Positions 30,055-42,190 of a DNA stretch of 64,000 bases are shown one piece after another; the stretch's first letter is position 1; every line of letters starts with the position of its first letter. Both the position numbers and the translations under genes were made by a program. The stretch spans positions 78,111 through 142,110 of the forward strand of contig CAVVUS010000043.1 in NCBI GenBank assembly GCA_963751345.1. Direction: 5' to 3'. The DNA comes from an uncultured Chloroflexia bacterium (GTDB lineage Bacteria > Chloroflexota > Anaerolineae > B4-G1 > SLSP01). The notes beneath the pieces are model-generated. The model saw nothing but the letters and a program-made list of their open reading frames with translations. It was not told the DNA's origin and ran no database searches.

Positions 30055-30278
30055 TGCATTCGAGCCGAACGTCAGAGGGGCCGCCGTTCCCATCTCTACA
30101 AAAGCAGGCGCTGGACAGGGTTCAATCCCGAGTATATGATGGCAGTCACCAGATGGTAGTCTGCTTCATATCTACGTGGGAAGCCGCCGTGCGGGGCCCT
30201 GCTGCTTCTCTACAATGACGGGCGCGTCGGTGGGAGAATTGCCCAGTGCTTACGACGGTGGGCGCGACAGGAGGAGGC

Positions 30279-30815
30279 ATGTCACTCACGCATCTCATAT
30301 CGGGGCTGTTGCGCAAATCGAACGTGGGCTGGATGGGCGGGCTTCATCGTCCTGATCGGCGTATGTCTCGGTGTGACCTCGTGTACCCCTAGTGCACCAC
30401 AACAGCCTATCCCATTCAATCACGAAGCCATGGTTCAGAAGGGAATGGCGTGTCTATTCTGCCACGTCGATGCTACGAGATCACCCGCTGCGGGGATGCC
30501 GAGTATGGAACGGTGTATGGGATGCCACGGCACTATCTATGCGGACCATCCGGCTATACAAGCCCTGGCTAGCTATTGGGAGCGAGGCGAACCGGTGCCC
30601 TGGACACGCGTTAATCAACTTCCACGCTTTGTGTATTTCAGCCATCAGGGTGCACGTGAATGCGGCGCTTTAACTGTGAGCGATGCCACGGGGATGTCGG
30701 ACACATGCAGGAGGCGCGCCCGGTGGTGCGGATGAACATGGGCTGGTGCCTGAGCTGCCACGAAACGCAACCCAACGCGGCGCAGTTGAGAGACTGTGTC
30801 GTCTGCCATCAGTAG
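30279..30815 (+). CDS. Pentaheme c-type cytochrome (ActA/QrcA-like); frameshifted
   Basis: AGGAGG RBS then ATG 30279; QQPIPFNH; CLFCH, CMGCH, CERCH, CLSCH, CVVCH across frames; LPRFVYFSH; MGWC. Confidence 0.8.
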
Positions 30816-30824
30816 GGGGACTCG

Positions 30825-33051
30825 ATGCCACACAGTGTGACACGTCGCGACTTTCTCAAGATCGGTGCGCTCGGGTTGGCCTCTGCGGTCCTGACAGGAT
30901 GTCAGAAGTCCCGTCGGTGGGTCAGCCTGGAACCCTACGTGCGTCCACCGGAAGAGCAATTGGCAGGCGTGGCGACGTGGTATGCGAGCACGTGTCGGCA
31001 GTGTCCCGCCGGCTGTGGCATTATCGTGCGCACGATGAATGGACGCGCGCTGAAGATCGAGGGGAACCCTGAGCACCCTTTGAACGAGGGCCGGCTCTGT
31101 CCGCGGGGGCAAGCAGGGCTGCAGGTCCTCTATAATCCGGATCGGCTGTCCGGGCCGGTGCAGCAGGCCGAGCGCGGAGGACGGCAATTCAAGCCGATTT
31201 CGTGGGATGCGGCGCTCAACACGCTCTATTCGCAGGTCTCGCAGGCGGGCAGCAAGGTGGCGATTCTGGGCCGGACGACGATGTCAGGGCATCTGTACGA
31301 TCTCTTCCAGCGGTTTGCGACCGCCGTGGGCGCGCCCTCTCCGGTACTCTTCGACCTCTACGGCGTGTTGAGTGGTCGGCGGCTGTCGGAGGATACGGAC
31401 CAATCTCTCTTTGGGACGGCATCTATGCCGGTCTACGATCTGGCCCGCGCGGAGATGATCCTGTCGTTCGGTGCGGATCTCTTCGGTGCGGGTCTTTCTG
31501 CCGTCTACTACGGGAAGGGATACGGGGCTTTCCGCAGTCGAGCCGCTGGGCGAGCGAGGCTATCTCGTACAGCTTGAGCCGCGACTGTCGACGACGGGCG
31601 CGGTGGCCGATCTCTGGCATCCGATCCGACCTGCCTCCGAGGGGTTGGTGGCGCAGGCGCTGGTGCAGATCATTGCGGATCAGGCGCTTGGTCCTGCCGA
31701 TTGGGTGGCGAGGGCACGCGCCTGGGCTGCGGGCGTTGATGTGGGCAGCGTGGCAGATGCGAGCGGCCTGTCTTCCGCTGCACTGGAGGCGCTTGCCCGC
31801 CGGTTTGTTAGTGTGTCGCAGCCGCTCGCGATCCCTGGCCCGGGGCTGTCGGGGCAGGATAGCGCAGTAGCTGCGGCAGAGGCTGTACAGGTTCTGAATA
31901 TCGTGAGTGGCGTCGCTGGGAGTAATAGCGGCGGGGAACTCCTTGCCCTTTCGAACGATTCCCCGGTCTCCAGCCTGGTGAAGTCCCCCGAAGCCTCCTA
32001 CGTGGAGATGCAGGCGCTCACAGATCGAATGCGCAGTGGCGATGTCCAGATGCTGTTGATCCACGAGGCCAATCCCGTTCAAAGTCTGCAGGGAATGGTC
32101 GGGTTTGTGGAAGCACTCGGCCACGTGCCCTACGTGGTCTCATTCAGCCCGATGGTGGATGAGACGAGCGTCTGGGCCGATATGATCCTTCCTGACCACA
32201 CCTATCTGGAATCGTGGGGATACGAGGTGGTGTCGCCGGACGGCGGGTCGCCGATCGTCGGGAGCCAGCAGCCTGTGGTTACGCCGCTGTACGACACGCG
32301 GGCGACGGGTGACGTGCTCTTGACGGTCGCACAGGGAATTGCGGCGGCCAAGAGCGCGCTCTCGTGGAACGACGAGGTGACCTTCCTGCAGGAGATGGTC
32401 GGCGCGCTGCCGAGAGGGTGCCGCGGGTGGCCAGGATAAGGATGTGCGTTGGGCCCGCTTCCTACAGCATGGCGGGTGGTGGCCGGCTACACAGAGTGGC
32501 GCGTCGGCCTCTATCTCCCGGGGCGCCGAAGGCGATCAGTGTGTCGCTGCCATCGTTCCAGGGAGATGCTCAGGAGTTCCCTTACTATCTGCATCTCTAT
32601 ATGTCCAGCCTGCTCAGCGATGGACGCGGTGCCAGCCAAACCTGGCTGCAGGGGGTCCCCGATCCGATGACGACGATCGCGTGGCAGACGTGGGTGGAGC
32701 TCAATCCGAGCACGGCTGCGGACCTGGGGGTGCAGGATGGGGATCTTGTCGTGGTACGTCCCCTACGGGGAGATTGAGATACCTGTGTATGTCTATCCGG
32801 CGATTCGTCCCGGACACGGTCGTCGATCCCCGTGGGACAGGGGCACGCGGACTATGGAAGGTATGCGCGGGGTCGGGGGGCCGACGCGATGCGGCTGGTC
32901 GGATCCTCTCCCGGGGGGGAGAGGAAACCTGAGATGGGCCACGCTTCGCGTGAAGATCGAGCCGACGGGCAAAAATGTGAAGGTGGCGATGTTTGAAAAC
33001 AAGATCGGGGTGACCGAAGGGTTTGTCAACGAGTCGTTCCCTGGAGAGTGA
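30825..33051 (+). CDS. Tat-exported molybdopterin-oxidoreductase-fold subunit (ActB1/QrcB-like); several frameshifts
   Basis: TRRDFLK Tat motif, CRQCPAGC...KIEGNPEHPLNEGRLCPRGQAG, ADMILPDHTYLESWG, WLQ.VPDPMTT..WQTWVELNP. Confidence 0.85.
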
Positions 33052-33052
33052 G

Positions 33053-33762
33053 ATGGCGTTTCCCAACCGCAAATGGACGATGGTGATCGATCTCGACAAG
33101 TGCACGGGGTGCGGTGCGTGTGTGGTGGCCTGCCACGCCGAGAACAACGTACCTATCGTGTCCGAGAGGGAGGTCAATCGGGGCCGCGCGATGCATTGGA
33201 TTCACATCGAGCGGTATTGGGAGGGGGAGTACCCCGATATCAGGGCGCGGTTTCTGCCGGTATTGTGTCAACAGTGTGGGAGAGCGCCCTGTGAGCCGGT
33301 CTGCCCGGTCTACGCTACGCAGCATAGCGAGCGGGAAAACATGAACCTGCAGGTCTACAATCGGTGCGTGGGGACCCGCTATTGTCAGAACAACGATCCG
33401 TACAAGGTGAGGTTCTTCAACTTCTTCGATCCGGTCTTCGATGCGCCATTGGAGCAACAACTCAACCCTGACGTGACGGTGCGGAGCGCCGGAGTGATGG
33501 AGAAGTGCACGTTCTGTGTGCAGCGTATCCGCCGGGCAGAGGAGCGGGCGCTCGTGGAGGATCGCAGTTTGAGGGATGGGGAGGCTGTGCCCGCTTGCGT
33601 ACAGACGTGCCCGCCTGGCGCCCTGGTCTTTGGGGATCTCGATCGTCACCAGAAACAGCGCGGTCTCGATATTTCGCTTGATCATAACTCTATGAATTCA
33701 AGCTTCTAATCACCTGGGGTACACAGCCGTCGGTGGTGTACCTGAAGGGAGGGGACTCCTAA
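33053..33762 (+). CDS. 4Fe-4S dicluster subunit (ActB2/QrcC/NrfC-like); frameshifts near the 3' end
   Basis: IDLDKCTGCGACVVACHAENN, CQQCGRAPCEPVCPV, RCVGTRYC, GVMEKCTFCVQRI, PACVQTCP. Confidence 0.9.
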
Positions 33763-35408
33763 TGGCAGAGTCTGACGTGCCTCGGAAGGAGTCCGGCGCC
33801 TGGGACGGCGTCTCTGCGCCGTGGGCGACGGGGTCTAGTTTTTTCCGCCCTTCCTCTGCGCAGGAGGCGGTGGCGCTAGACAGAGCCGCACCTCACGATG
33901 GATATAAGAGGAAGAGAGAGTCTTCGCCACGTGCATCTGCTTGCGGACCGTGTGCGGACGATGATCCTGATACGGGACTTGCTGGAAGCTCGATGTAACG
34001 GACCGGGCTCCGTCGTCCCGGGGACCCGGTGGTGATCCTCGGGGGCCGGGTGCTCACATGGGGATTTGTTGGTGTTTATCATATGTGGCGGGGTATTGTA
34101 GTATTACTGCCTGACGCTCGGTCGGTGACGCGGGCGCTGTGAAGATCGCGTCTTTTGCGTACTTCATCGGTATTGGCTCATCCAGGGACGTTCATCTCCT
34201 CGTGAGCTTTCCGGGCGCTGAATTGAAGCGGCGACGTTCGATTCAGCCGGGCTGCGGAGAGAATGCTGACGGTCTTTGTGCTGCGATTACAGCGGCGATG
34301 TTCCCCCGGTTCACCTCGGGCGCATGTGGAAGCGACTGGCTGTTCCCTCACCCGAACGTGCGACAGCTTTGGGCTGGGTTCCACTCTCCTCCTGATGTGG
34401 GACTTGTCAACAGCGCATCATGACTGATCGCCTTGAGCTGGATCATGGCTTTTCGTTTGGACCTGGCTGTCGCCCGATTCCGCCACAAATGCCCGCGGGA
34501 TAAGCTGCTGCGCTACCAGATTAAAGGACAGCCGACAGATCGATGACAAAGCCAAGCGTGGGACCCTCGGCTGGTTGAGCAGTTCTGGCGACACACGTTG
34601 CAACGGCTGCTTGCGTCGGGGGCGGGCGCGACGGCGCAATGGTCTACACAGGGAACGGTGCTGTACACCTTCAGCTACGCTCGCATCCGCCTCAATGTTC
34701 TCGGTCAACACCATCGTCTCGCTGTGGGACTTTGCAACTGCCTCAGAGACCGGGAGCGGATACATAACGGTCTTTGGCCTCGATTCCGTGGTCGGGGCGC
34801 TTTTCTCCGGCGCGGGTGCCGTGATCATCGTTCTAGCGATCTTGCGGAAGATGATGCACCTGGAGTACTATCTGCGGCCGGAGCACTTCAATGGCATGGG
34901 CATATTCCTGCTGTTGCTTTCCTTGACTTGGGCCTATTTCTACTTCAATGATTACCTGGCCCCGTGGTATGGGCAGGGCCCGGTTGAAAAAGTGATACAG
35001 ACCTTGCTGTCCAGTGGTTGGGCGGCACCGTTGTGGTTCTTGATGATCTTCTCCAACGTCGTGTTGCCGTGGGCGACACTCTGGTCGAAGAAGATTCGGC
35101 GCTCGATCGGCGCATTGTTTTTCGTTTCGGTGTTTGTCCAGGTTGGGATGTACCTGGAGCGCTACATCATCATCCCGGTGTCGCTAGGGCGTAACGAACT
35201 GCCCTTTAGCTGGGGCAAATACACCCCGTTCTTGCCTGAGATCCTGATCACACTGGGAGCGTTCTCACTGGTAGGTTTTCTCTACGTATTGTTTTCCAGA
35301 ATCATCCCTATCATTCCCATTTGGGAAGTCCGGGAGGGGCAGTTGCTACACGGCTGGCGCCAGATTGGTGGTGAGCTGATACAGACGAGCGCCGAACCGG
35401 AGGATTAG
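33762..35408 (+). CDS. NrfD/PsrC-family quinone-reacting membrane subunit (ActC/QrcD-like); 5' two-thirds badly disrupted
   Basis: C-terminal part (GALFSG, WAYFYF, GMYLERYIII, FSRIIPIIPIWEVREG) is NrfD-like; the 5' part survives only as fragments (SVNTIVS.WDFA). Confidence 0.7.
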
Positions 35409-35409
35409 G

Positions 35410-36476
35410 ATGTCTCAAAGGGCTCTATTTGCGCTGTTTCGCGATGTCTCGACCGTCGCAGGCGTGGTGGGACGGTTGCATGACCTGGGCATTTCCGATG
35501 ATGACATCGTCATAATGTCCAACATTCCCTACACACCCAAGATGCTGGGGCTATCATCCAAGCCCGGGAAAATAGGGGGTTTCGCGCTGATCGGCGCTGT
35601 CTTGGGGGTGGCAACGGCGATCTTCCTGACTGCGGGGATTTTCCTGCTGTATCCCCTCATCCAGGGCGGGCAGCCGCTGATCCCGATTCCGCCATCGATC
35701 ATCGTGACCTTTGAGGTGACAATGCTGGGCACGATGTGGGCCACCTTTCTAGGGCTACTGGTTATCAATCGGTTCCCGGTCTTCGGTCGTCCTGCTTACG
35801 ATGTGCGAGTCTCGGAAGGGGAAATCGGGGTTGTGGTTCAAGGAGAGTTCCATTCCGAGCGTGCTTCCGAGGTGGATCAGTCGAGAAAGTAGCGAATGTT
35901 TGCGGCCCACGGGGCTAACGAGTTTCGCGACCTGACGGACTACAGCGGCGTGAGCAGCGGCAGTTGGCGCAGGCTCATGGCCTTCTTGACGGTGGTGCTG
36001 ATCGGCGGGGGGGGATTTCCCTGTTGTTCTTCTACGACGTGCGTGAGGATCCCATTCCCGACACAGATGGCGGATCAGGACTCCATCGCGTTACGTGCGA
36101 GGGCCCAGACTTGCGGCGCCGGCGGATGCGGTGCCCATCCAGGGGCCTGTACTTATTTCGGGGGCGCCCGCCAGTGAGCCTATCTCGCCGACCGTGGCGT
36201 CGTTTCAGCGCGGGCAGGTGCTGTTCAACGTGAACTGCGCTCTCTGTCATGGAGAGACGGGGGTCGGTGACGGGCCGCTCAGCCAGTACTTCGCGCCTCG
36301 CCCTGCCGACCTGACGGGCAGCGTGGTGCGGAGCGTGCCTGACTCGACGATCTTCCTGGTGATCACGCAAGGCTTCGGGAGCATGCCAAGCCTGGCCGAG
36401 AACTTGCTGCCCGTCGAACGCTGGGACGTCGTTGAACTACGTGAGGAGCCTGGAAACGAATGGGGGACAACCATGA
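35410..36476 (+). CDS. ActD (DUF3341)-like protein running into an ActE-like monoheme cytochrome c; probably one fused gene with frameshifts
   Basis: YPLIQGGQP...IVTFEVTML (DUF3341), then TM, QMADQ, RGQVLFNVNCALCHG, ITQGFGSMP, ERWDVVNY. Confidence 0.65.
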
Positions 36477-37383
36477 CAATACGAGCCCGGACGGAAAGCC
36501 CGAATGTGGGCGCTAGTCCTGGCGCTTGTCCTGCTGCTGGGGGCGTGTGGCAGCCCCAATCCACAGCTTGCGGGCCGACACCGATCCCGACGTTGGCCCC
36601 GGCGGAGCAGGTGACGCTTGTGCCGGCGCTGCAGACTTTCGCGGGAGCATCCGGCCCCAATGCAGCCGCGGGCGCAGGCTCTCTTTGAGATGCATTGCAC
36701 GCTCTGTCACGGGGCGGAAGGGCAGGGCATCATTGGCCCTGCGCTCAGGAATAGCGCCATACATACAGCCGCGCTCAGAGCCAATCGATCTACTCCACGA
36801 TCGCTTGAGGCGGTCCGGCGAGAAGGGATGCCTGCCTGGTTCGTAGCGAACGGTGGGCCCCTGACCCTGATACGGAGATTACGAGCATTATCGATTATCT
36901 CAGCACATTGCAGGGGGTATCGGCCGTGCCTACGTCGACCCCCATGCCTGTAGAACCCACGCCCACGCCGCTTCCAACCGGGGCCCCGACGCCTCAGCCC
37001 GCTCAGCCGTCTGAACCTGGAGCGGCCAGGGCCGGCGGCTTCGATGACCGGCGACATTGGCAGGGGGATGGTGCAGTTTGGCCGGAATTGTGCGGCTTGT
37101 CATGGTCCGGAGGGCGTCCTGGGGATCCCGAATCCGGGTTCCGACGATGGTAGTGTGCCGGTGTCTGAATCCGATTGATCCCACCTTGGTTAGCTCCAAT
37201 CCCGGTATCTTCGCGGTCAACGTCGACCTGTTTATCGAGCATGGATCGGTGCCGGAGGGAGCCTCACCGAGAATGATGGTCATGCCGTCTTTCGGTGATG
37301 GAGGGATGCTCACTCATCAGACGATTGCCGATCTGATCGCCTATGTGATGCACCTGAATGGTGTTCAGGAGACGTCACAGTGA
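36473..37383 (+). CDS. Diheme c-type cytochrome lipoprotein; frameshifted
   Basis: LVLALVLLLGAC lipobox, CTLCH and CAACH heme motifs in different frames, P/T linker, two MP axial-ligand motifs. Confidence 0.65.
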
Positions 37384-37927
37384 AGAAGCGACGAATCCGA
37401 CGAGCCACGATCGTCGGGCTGACGCTCGTGGCCGCACAGGCCTGGCTGGGTGCACCCAGATCACCGTCCCCGTTCTGCTTCCCGAGACGTCGCCCACCTG
37501 GCCCCTGGTGCTCTATTTCGGACTTGTGTTGTTCGTGGTGGGTGGGATGTTGGGGCTCTCTTACGTCCTCGGGGAGCGGCATAGGGGCCGGGCGATGGAG
37601 CAGCCCTATGAGGCGGGGATGCTTCCCACGGGACCGGCACGCCTGCGTTTTGATGTAAGGTTCTATCTGATCGCGATCTTCTTCGTTATCTTCGATCTTG
37701 AGGTGGCGTTCCTCTTCGCCTGGGCCGTGGCTGCCCGTGAACTGGGATGGTCCGGCTACGTAGAGGTCGTTATCTTTACCATGATTCTCGTGGTAGGGCT
37801 GGTCTATCTGTGGCGAACGGGGTCGCTCGAGATGGGTGCATTTCGACAGCATAGCTCGGTGGCGGCATCCACGCATCGGACAGCGCACAAAGTGGGGAAA
37901 AGAAGTGACAATGAAGAAGCGAAGTAA
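37380..37927 (+). CDS. nuoA: NADH-quinone oxidoreductase subunit A, apparently with an N-terminal lipoprotein signal (frameshift near 37435)
   Basis: PYEAG...RFDVRFYLIAIFFVIFDLEVAFLFAWA...YLWRTGSLE. Confidence 0.9.
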
Positions 37928-37939
37928 GCAAGGCCCGAG

Positions 37940-38590
37940 ATGCAACGCCCTCAGATGGACAACCCCGCGTGGGGGGAGCGATTTCCGCCCGGTGCGTTAG
38001 GTAAGGCTGTTGAGCGCTTTGCTGAACAGCAGGTGATCTTGACCAAGGTGTCGTCGATTCTGGCCTGGGGACGTAAGAATTCGCTATGGCCCTTTGGCTT
38101 TGGCCTTTCCTGTTGTTTTGTGGAGATGGCGACGAGCCTCACCAGTCGCTATGACATCGCGCGCTTCGGGTCGGAGATCATCCGGGGCTCACCTCGAGAA
38201 GCGGACATGATGATCATCGCTGGGACGGTGTTTATGAAGATGGCCCCCTTTATCCAGCGGCTCTACGACCAGATGATGGAGCCGAAATGGGTCATCTCGA
38301 TGGGCTCCTGCGCGAACTCGGGCGGCATGTTTGACATCTACAGTGTCGTCCAGGGGGTGGACAAGTTCTTGCCGGTGGACGTCTACGTACCGGGGTGCCC
38401 ACCCAGCCCGATGGCGCTGATGGAGGGGATCAACCTGCTTCAGGATGCGGTCGGACAGGAGCTCCGCCCTTTGAGTTGGGTCGTCGGGCCCCAGGGCGTG
38501 ACCCGGAAAGAGCCGCTGCCGGACGTGCGGGCGTGGAAGCGGAAAGAGCGGCAGGCAGCGACCGAGTTGCGTTCGCCGGATGAGGTGTAG
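37940..38590 (+). CDS. nuoB: NADH-quinone oxidoreductase subunit B
   Basis: [30 protein letters not shown]. Confidence 0.95.
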   Translation: MQRPQMDNPAWGERFPPGALGKAVERFAEQQVILTKVSSILAWGRKNSLWPFGFGLSCCFVEMATSLTSRYDIARFGSEIIRGSPREADMMIIAGTVFMKMAPFIQRLYDQMMEPKWVISMGSCANSGGMFDIYSVVQGVDKFLPVDVYVPGCPPSPMALMEGINLLQDAVGQELRPLSWVVGPQGVTRKEPLPDVRAWKRKERQAATELRSPDEV

Positions 38591-38593
38591 TAG

Positions 38594-40404
38594 GTGAGCG
38601 AGGATCGAGGGCCGACCGGAATCGGCCAAACGCCTATGAATGAACATGCTGACGTCGGCCCTCAGACGGGCATTTTGCACGAGCTGCAGGAGCGATTTGG
38701 TGAGGACGTCATCACGCCCCAGGCCGTGTCCGATGATACGCCCACCGCGTGGGTACCACCGGAGCACATTCACGAGGTCGTGGCCTATCTGAAGACGGGG
38801 GCGACGCGTCCCTACCAAACGCTCTTCGATCTCTTTGGGGTCGACGAGCGTGAGCACGCGCATCGTGCGGGCCAGCCGGAGAGTGACTTCACCGTCATCT
38901 ACCGGCTCCTGTCCTTCGATCGCAATGCGGATATCTGTCTCAAAGTCCCGCTTCAGGGCGAGTATCCGCGCCTGGGCACGGTTACGGATGTCTGGCCATC
39001 GGCGAACTGGTATGAACGTGAGGCATGGGATATGTTCGGCATCACGTTCGAGGGACATCCTCATCTGACTCGCATCCTTATGCCTCCCACGTGGGAAGGT
39101 CATCCCCTGCGCAAGGAGCACCCGGCTCGCGCCACCGAGATGGGACCTTACGAGTTGACGGAGGAGAAACAGATCCGCGAGGAGCAGGCGGCACAGTTCC
39201 GTCCGGAGGAATGGGGGCTTGCAGGAAAGCGCGGAGGATACAGATGTCATGTTCCTTAATCTGGGCCCTCAACACATGGGGACTCACGGCGTCCTGCGCC
39301 TCATCTTGAAGTTGGATGGCGAGGAGATCGTCGATGTGGTCCCGGACATCGGCTATCACCATCGTGGCGCCGAGAAGATGGCTGAGCGTCAGACCTGGCA
39401 CACGTACATTCCATATACGGATCGGGTGAACTACCTGGGTGGCGTGCTGAACAACCTGGCCTACCTGCTGCCCGTCGAGCGTCTCGCGGGGATCGAAGTT
39501 CCGGACCGTGTGAAGGTCATCCGCGTGATGATGAGCGAGTTCTTCCGGATCTCCAGTCACCTGGTCTGGTATGGCACCTTCGCCCAGGACGTTGGGATGA
39601 TGTCGCCGGTCTTCTACACGTTCGCCGACCGCGAACGCGTCTTCGATATCGTGGAGGCGATCTGCGGTGCCCGGATGCATCCGAGCTGGTTTCGCATTGG
39701 CGGAGTAGCCCAGGACCTACCCCACGGATGGGAGAAGCTCGTGCGCGGCTTCCTGGCCTATTTTCCCAAGCGGTTGAGGGAGTTCGACAAGATCATCATG
39801 GGCAACCGCATCCTGAAAGGGCGCACCCAGGGCATCGGAGCTTACGACACGGCCAAGGCGATGGAGTGGGGGGTCACCGGGCCGGGGTTGCGAGCGACCG
39901 GATACGAATGGGACTTCCGCAAGCAACGCCCCTACTCGGGTTACGATCAGTTCGAATTCGATATCCCCACCGGCCAACACGGGGACTCCTACGATCGAGC
40001 GCTCGTACGCATAGAAGAGATGCGCCAGAGCCTGCGCATCATCCAGCAGTGTGTCGACAATATGCCGGCGGGTCCTTACAAGGCCCTGCATCCGCTGACA
40101 ACCCCTCCGCTCAAAGAGCGAACGATGCACGATATCGAGACCCTGATCACGCACTTTCTGGGCGTGTCGTGGGGGCCCGTGATCCCGGCTGGGGAGTCCA
40201 CAGCGCTCGTCGAAGGGCGCGCAGGGCGTCAACAGCTACTACCTGATAAGCGACGAGGATATCCACGCATATCGGGCGCGCATCCGCACGCCGACATTTG
40301 CTCACATCCAGATGTTGCCCGAGATCAGTCGAGGGCTGATGGTGCCCGACATTATCGCCGTGTTGGGCAGTATCGATTTCGTTCTGTCCGATGTAGACCG
40401 CTGA
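38594..40404 (+). CDS. nuoC: Fused NADH-quinone oxidoreductase subunit C/D; frameshifts near 39230 and 40220
   Basis: [28 protein letters not shown] running into [24 protein letters not shown], and ending [11 protein letters not shown]. Confidence 0.9.
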
Positions 40405-40419
40405 CCCGGAGAGCCAGTT

Positions 40420-40884
40420 ATGTTGAGTGACAAGGAACGCCGCGAGATCGAAGCCGAAGCGGATCAATACCTGGAGAAGCGTGGGGCGTGCGTGAAGGCC
40501 CTCCAGATCGTGCAGCAGGCGCACGGTTGGGTCTCGGATGAGCACCTACGGGAGGTAGCACAGCTTCTTGGTATGACCCCTGACGAGCTCGAAGGCGTCG
40601 CTACGTTCTACAGCCTTATTTATCGCGAGCCGGTGGGACATCACGTGATCCTGATCTGCGATAGTGTGACGTGTTGGATCATGGGCTATGACGCACTGCT
40701 GGAAGGCCTCAAGTCCCGGCTGGGCATCGATCTGGGTGGGACGTCCGCCGACCATCGCTTCACGCTACTTCCCGTGGCGTGTTTGGGGGCGTGTGATCAC
40801 GCGCCGGCCATGATGATTGATGAAGAGTTGTACACGGATGTCACGGTGGAGAAACTGGACCAAATCCTGGCTCAGTACGAGTGA
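40420..40884 (+). CDS. nuoE: NADH-quinone oxidoreductase subunit E
   Basis: [21 protein letters not shown] (N1a cluster). Confidence 0.95.
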   Translation: MLSDKERREIEAEADQYLEKRGACVKALQIVQQAHGWVSDEHLREVAQLLGMTPDELEGVATFYSLIYREPVGHHVILICDSVTCWIMGYDALLEGLKSRLGIDLGGTSADHRFTLLPVACLGACDHAPAMMIDEELYTDVTVEKLDQILAQYE

Positions 40885-40895
40885 CCGGATGAGAC

Positions 40896-42190
40896 ATGAG
40901 TGAGCGACCGCTAACCGAACACATCAAGCCTGGAGCCGGGCCGCTGAGCCTCACGGACTACGAAAACGTGGGGGGATATCAGGCGCTGCGCAAGGCGCTC
41001 GGCGAGATGACGCCTGCCGACGTTCATGGGGGAGGTCAAGCAGTCCAACTTACGCGGGAGAGGCGGGGCTGGCTTCCCGACCGGTCTTAAGTGGAGCTTT
41101 GTGCCTGCTGATGACGGGACGACGCCCAAGTATCTCGTCGTCAACGCGGACGAGATGGAACCGGGTACCTTCAAGGATCGGCTGCTCCTGGAGGGCAATC
41201 CTCATCAGTTGGTGGAGGGGGCCATCCTTGCGGCGTATGCCATTGGGGCCGGAGAGGCCTACGTGCTATTGCGCTGGGCCTATCGAAAGGCGGCGCAGGC
41301 CATCGAGCAGGCCATCGCGGAGGCCCTTGATAGAGGCTATTTGGGCCGCGGGATCCTGGGATCGGACTACAACCTGAATATGCGCCTACACGTCAGCGCC
41401 GGGCGCTACATGTGCGGCGAGGAGACCGGTTTGTTGAATGCGCTGGAGGGACGGCGTGCCGTCCCCCGCTCAAAGCCCCCCTACCCGCAGGTATCCGGCC
41501 TGTGGGGCAAGGACACCATCGTCAACAACGTGGAGACGCTCAGCAACATACCGCACATCGTGTCGAAGGGTGGCGCGTGGTTCAAGAGCCTGAGCCTCGG
41601 TGAGGATAGCGGAACAAAGTTGTACGGGGTCAGCGGCAAGGTGCGGCGCCCCGGTCTCTGGGAACTGCCGATGGGCACGCCGATGCGCGAGATCTTGGAG
41701 GAGCATGCGGGGGGTATGGCGTCTAGCCTGGCGATTCATGGGAGTGCTTCCTGGAGGTGCGTCGACGGACTTCGTGACGAGGAGCACCTCGACGTCAAGC
41801 ATGGATTTTGATCCGTGGCCCAAGGTCGGAAGCCGTCTCGGAACGGGGACGATGATCGTCCTCGATGACCAAACCTGTCCGGTAGGGATGGTGCTCAACC
41901 TGGAGCGGTTCTTTGCCCGGGAGTCGTGCGGTTGGTGTACGCCATGCAGGGACGGGCTGCCATGGGTGGTCAAGATGCTCGACGCGATCGAGCGAGGCAA
42001 GGGGCGGATGGACGATCTGGATCGGCTGGAAGCCCACACCAGGTTGTTGGGGCCGGGGCGGACTTTCTGCGCGTTGGCGCCCGGTGCTATGGAGCCCTTG
42101 CAGAGCGCACTCAAGTACTTCCGAGAGGATTTTGAGCGACACATCCGTGAGCATCAGTGCCCCTGGCAAGCCAAGGGGGAGGCGACGTAG
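40896..42190 (+). CDS. nuoF: NADH-quinone oxidoreductase subunit F, copy 1 (canonical CGEET); frameshifts
   Basis: GRGGAGFPTG, NADEMEPG, YMCGEETG, NNVETL, ESCGWCTPCRDG...FC. Confidence 0.9.
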
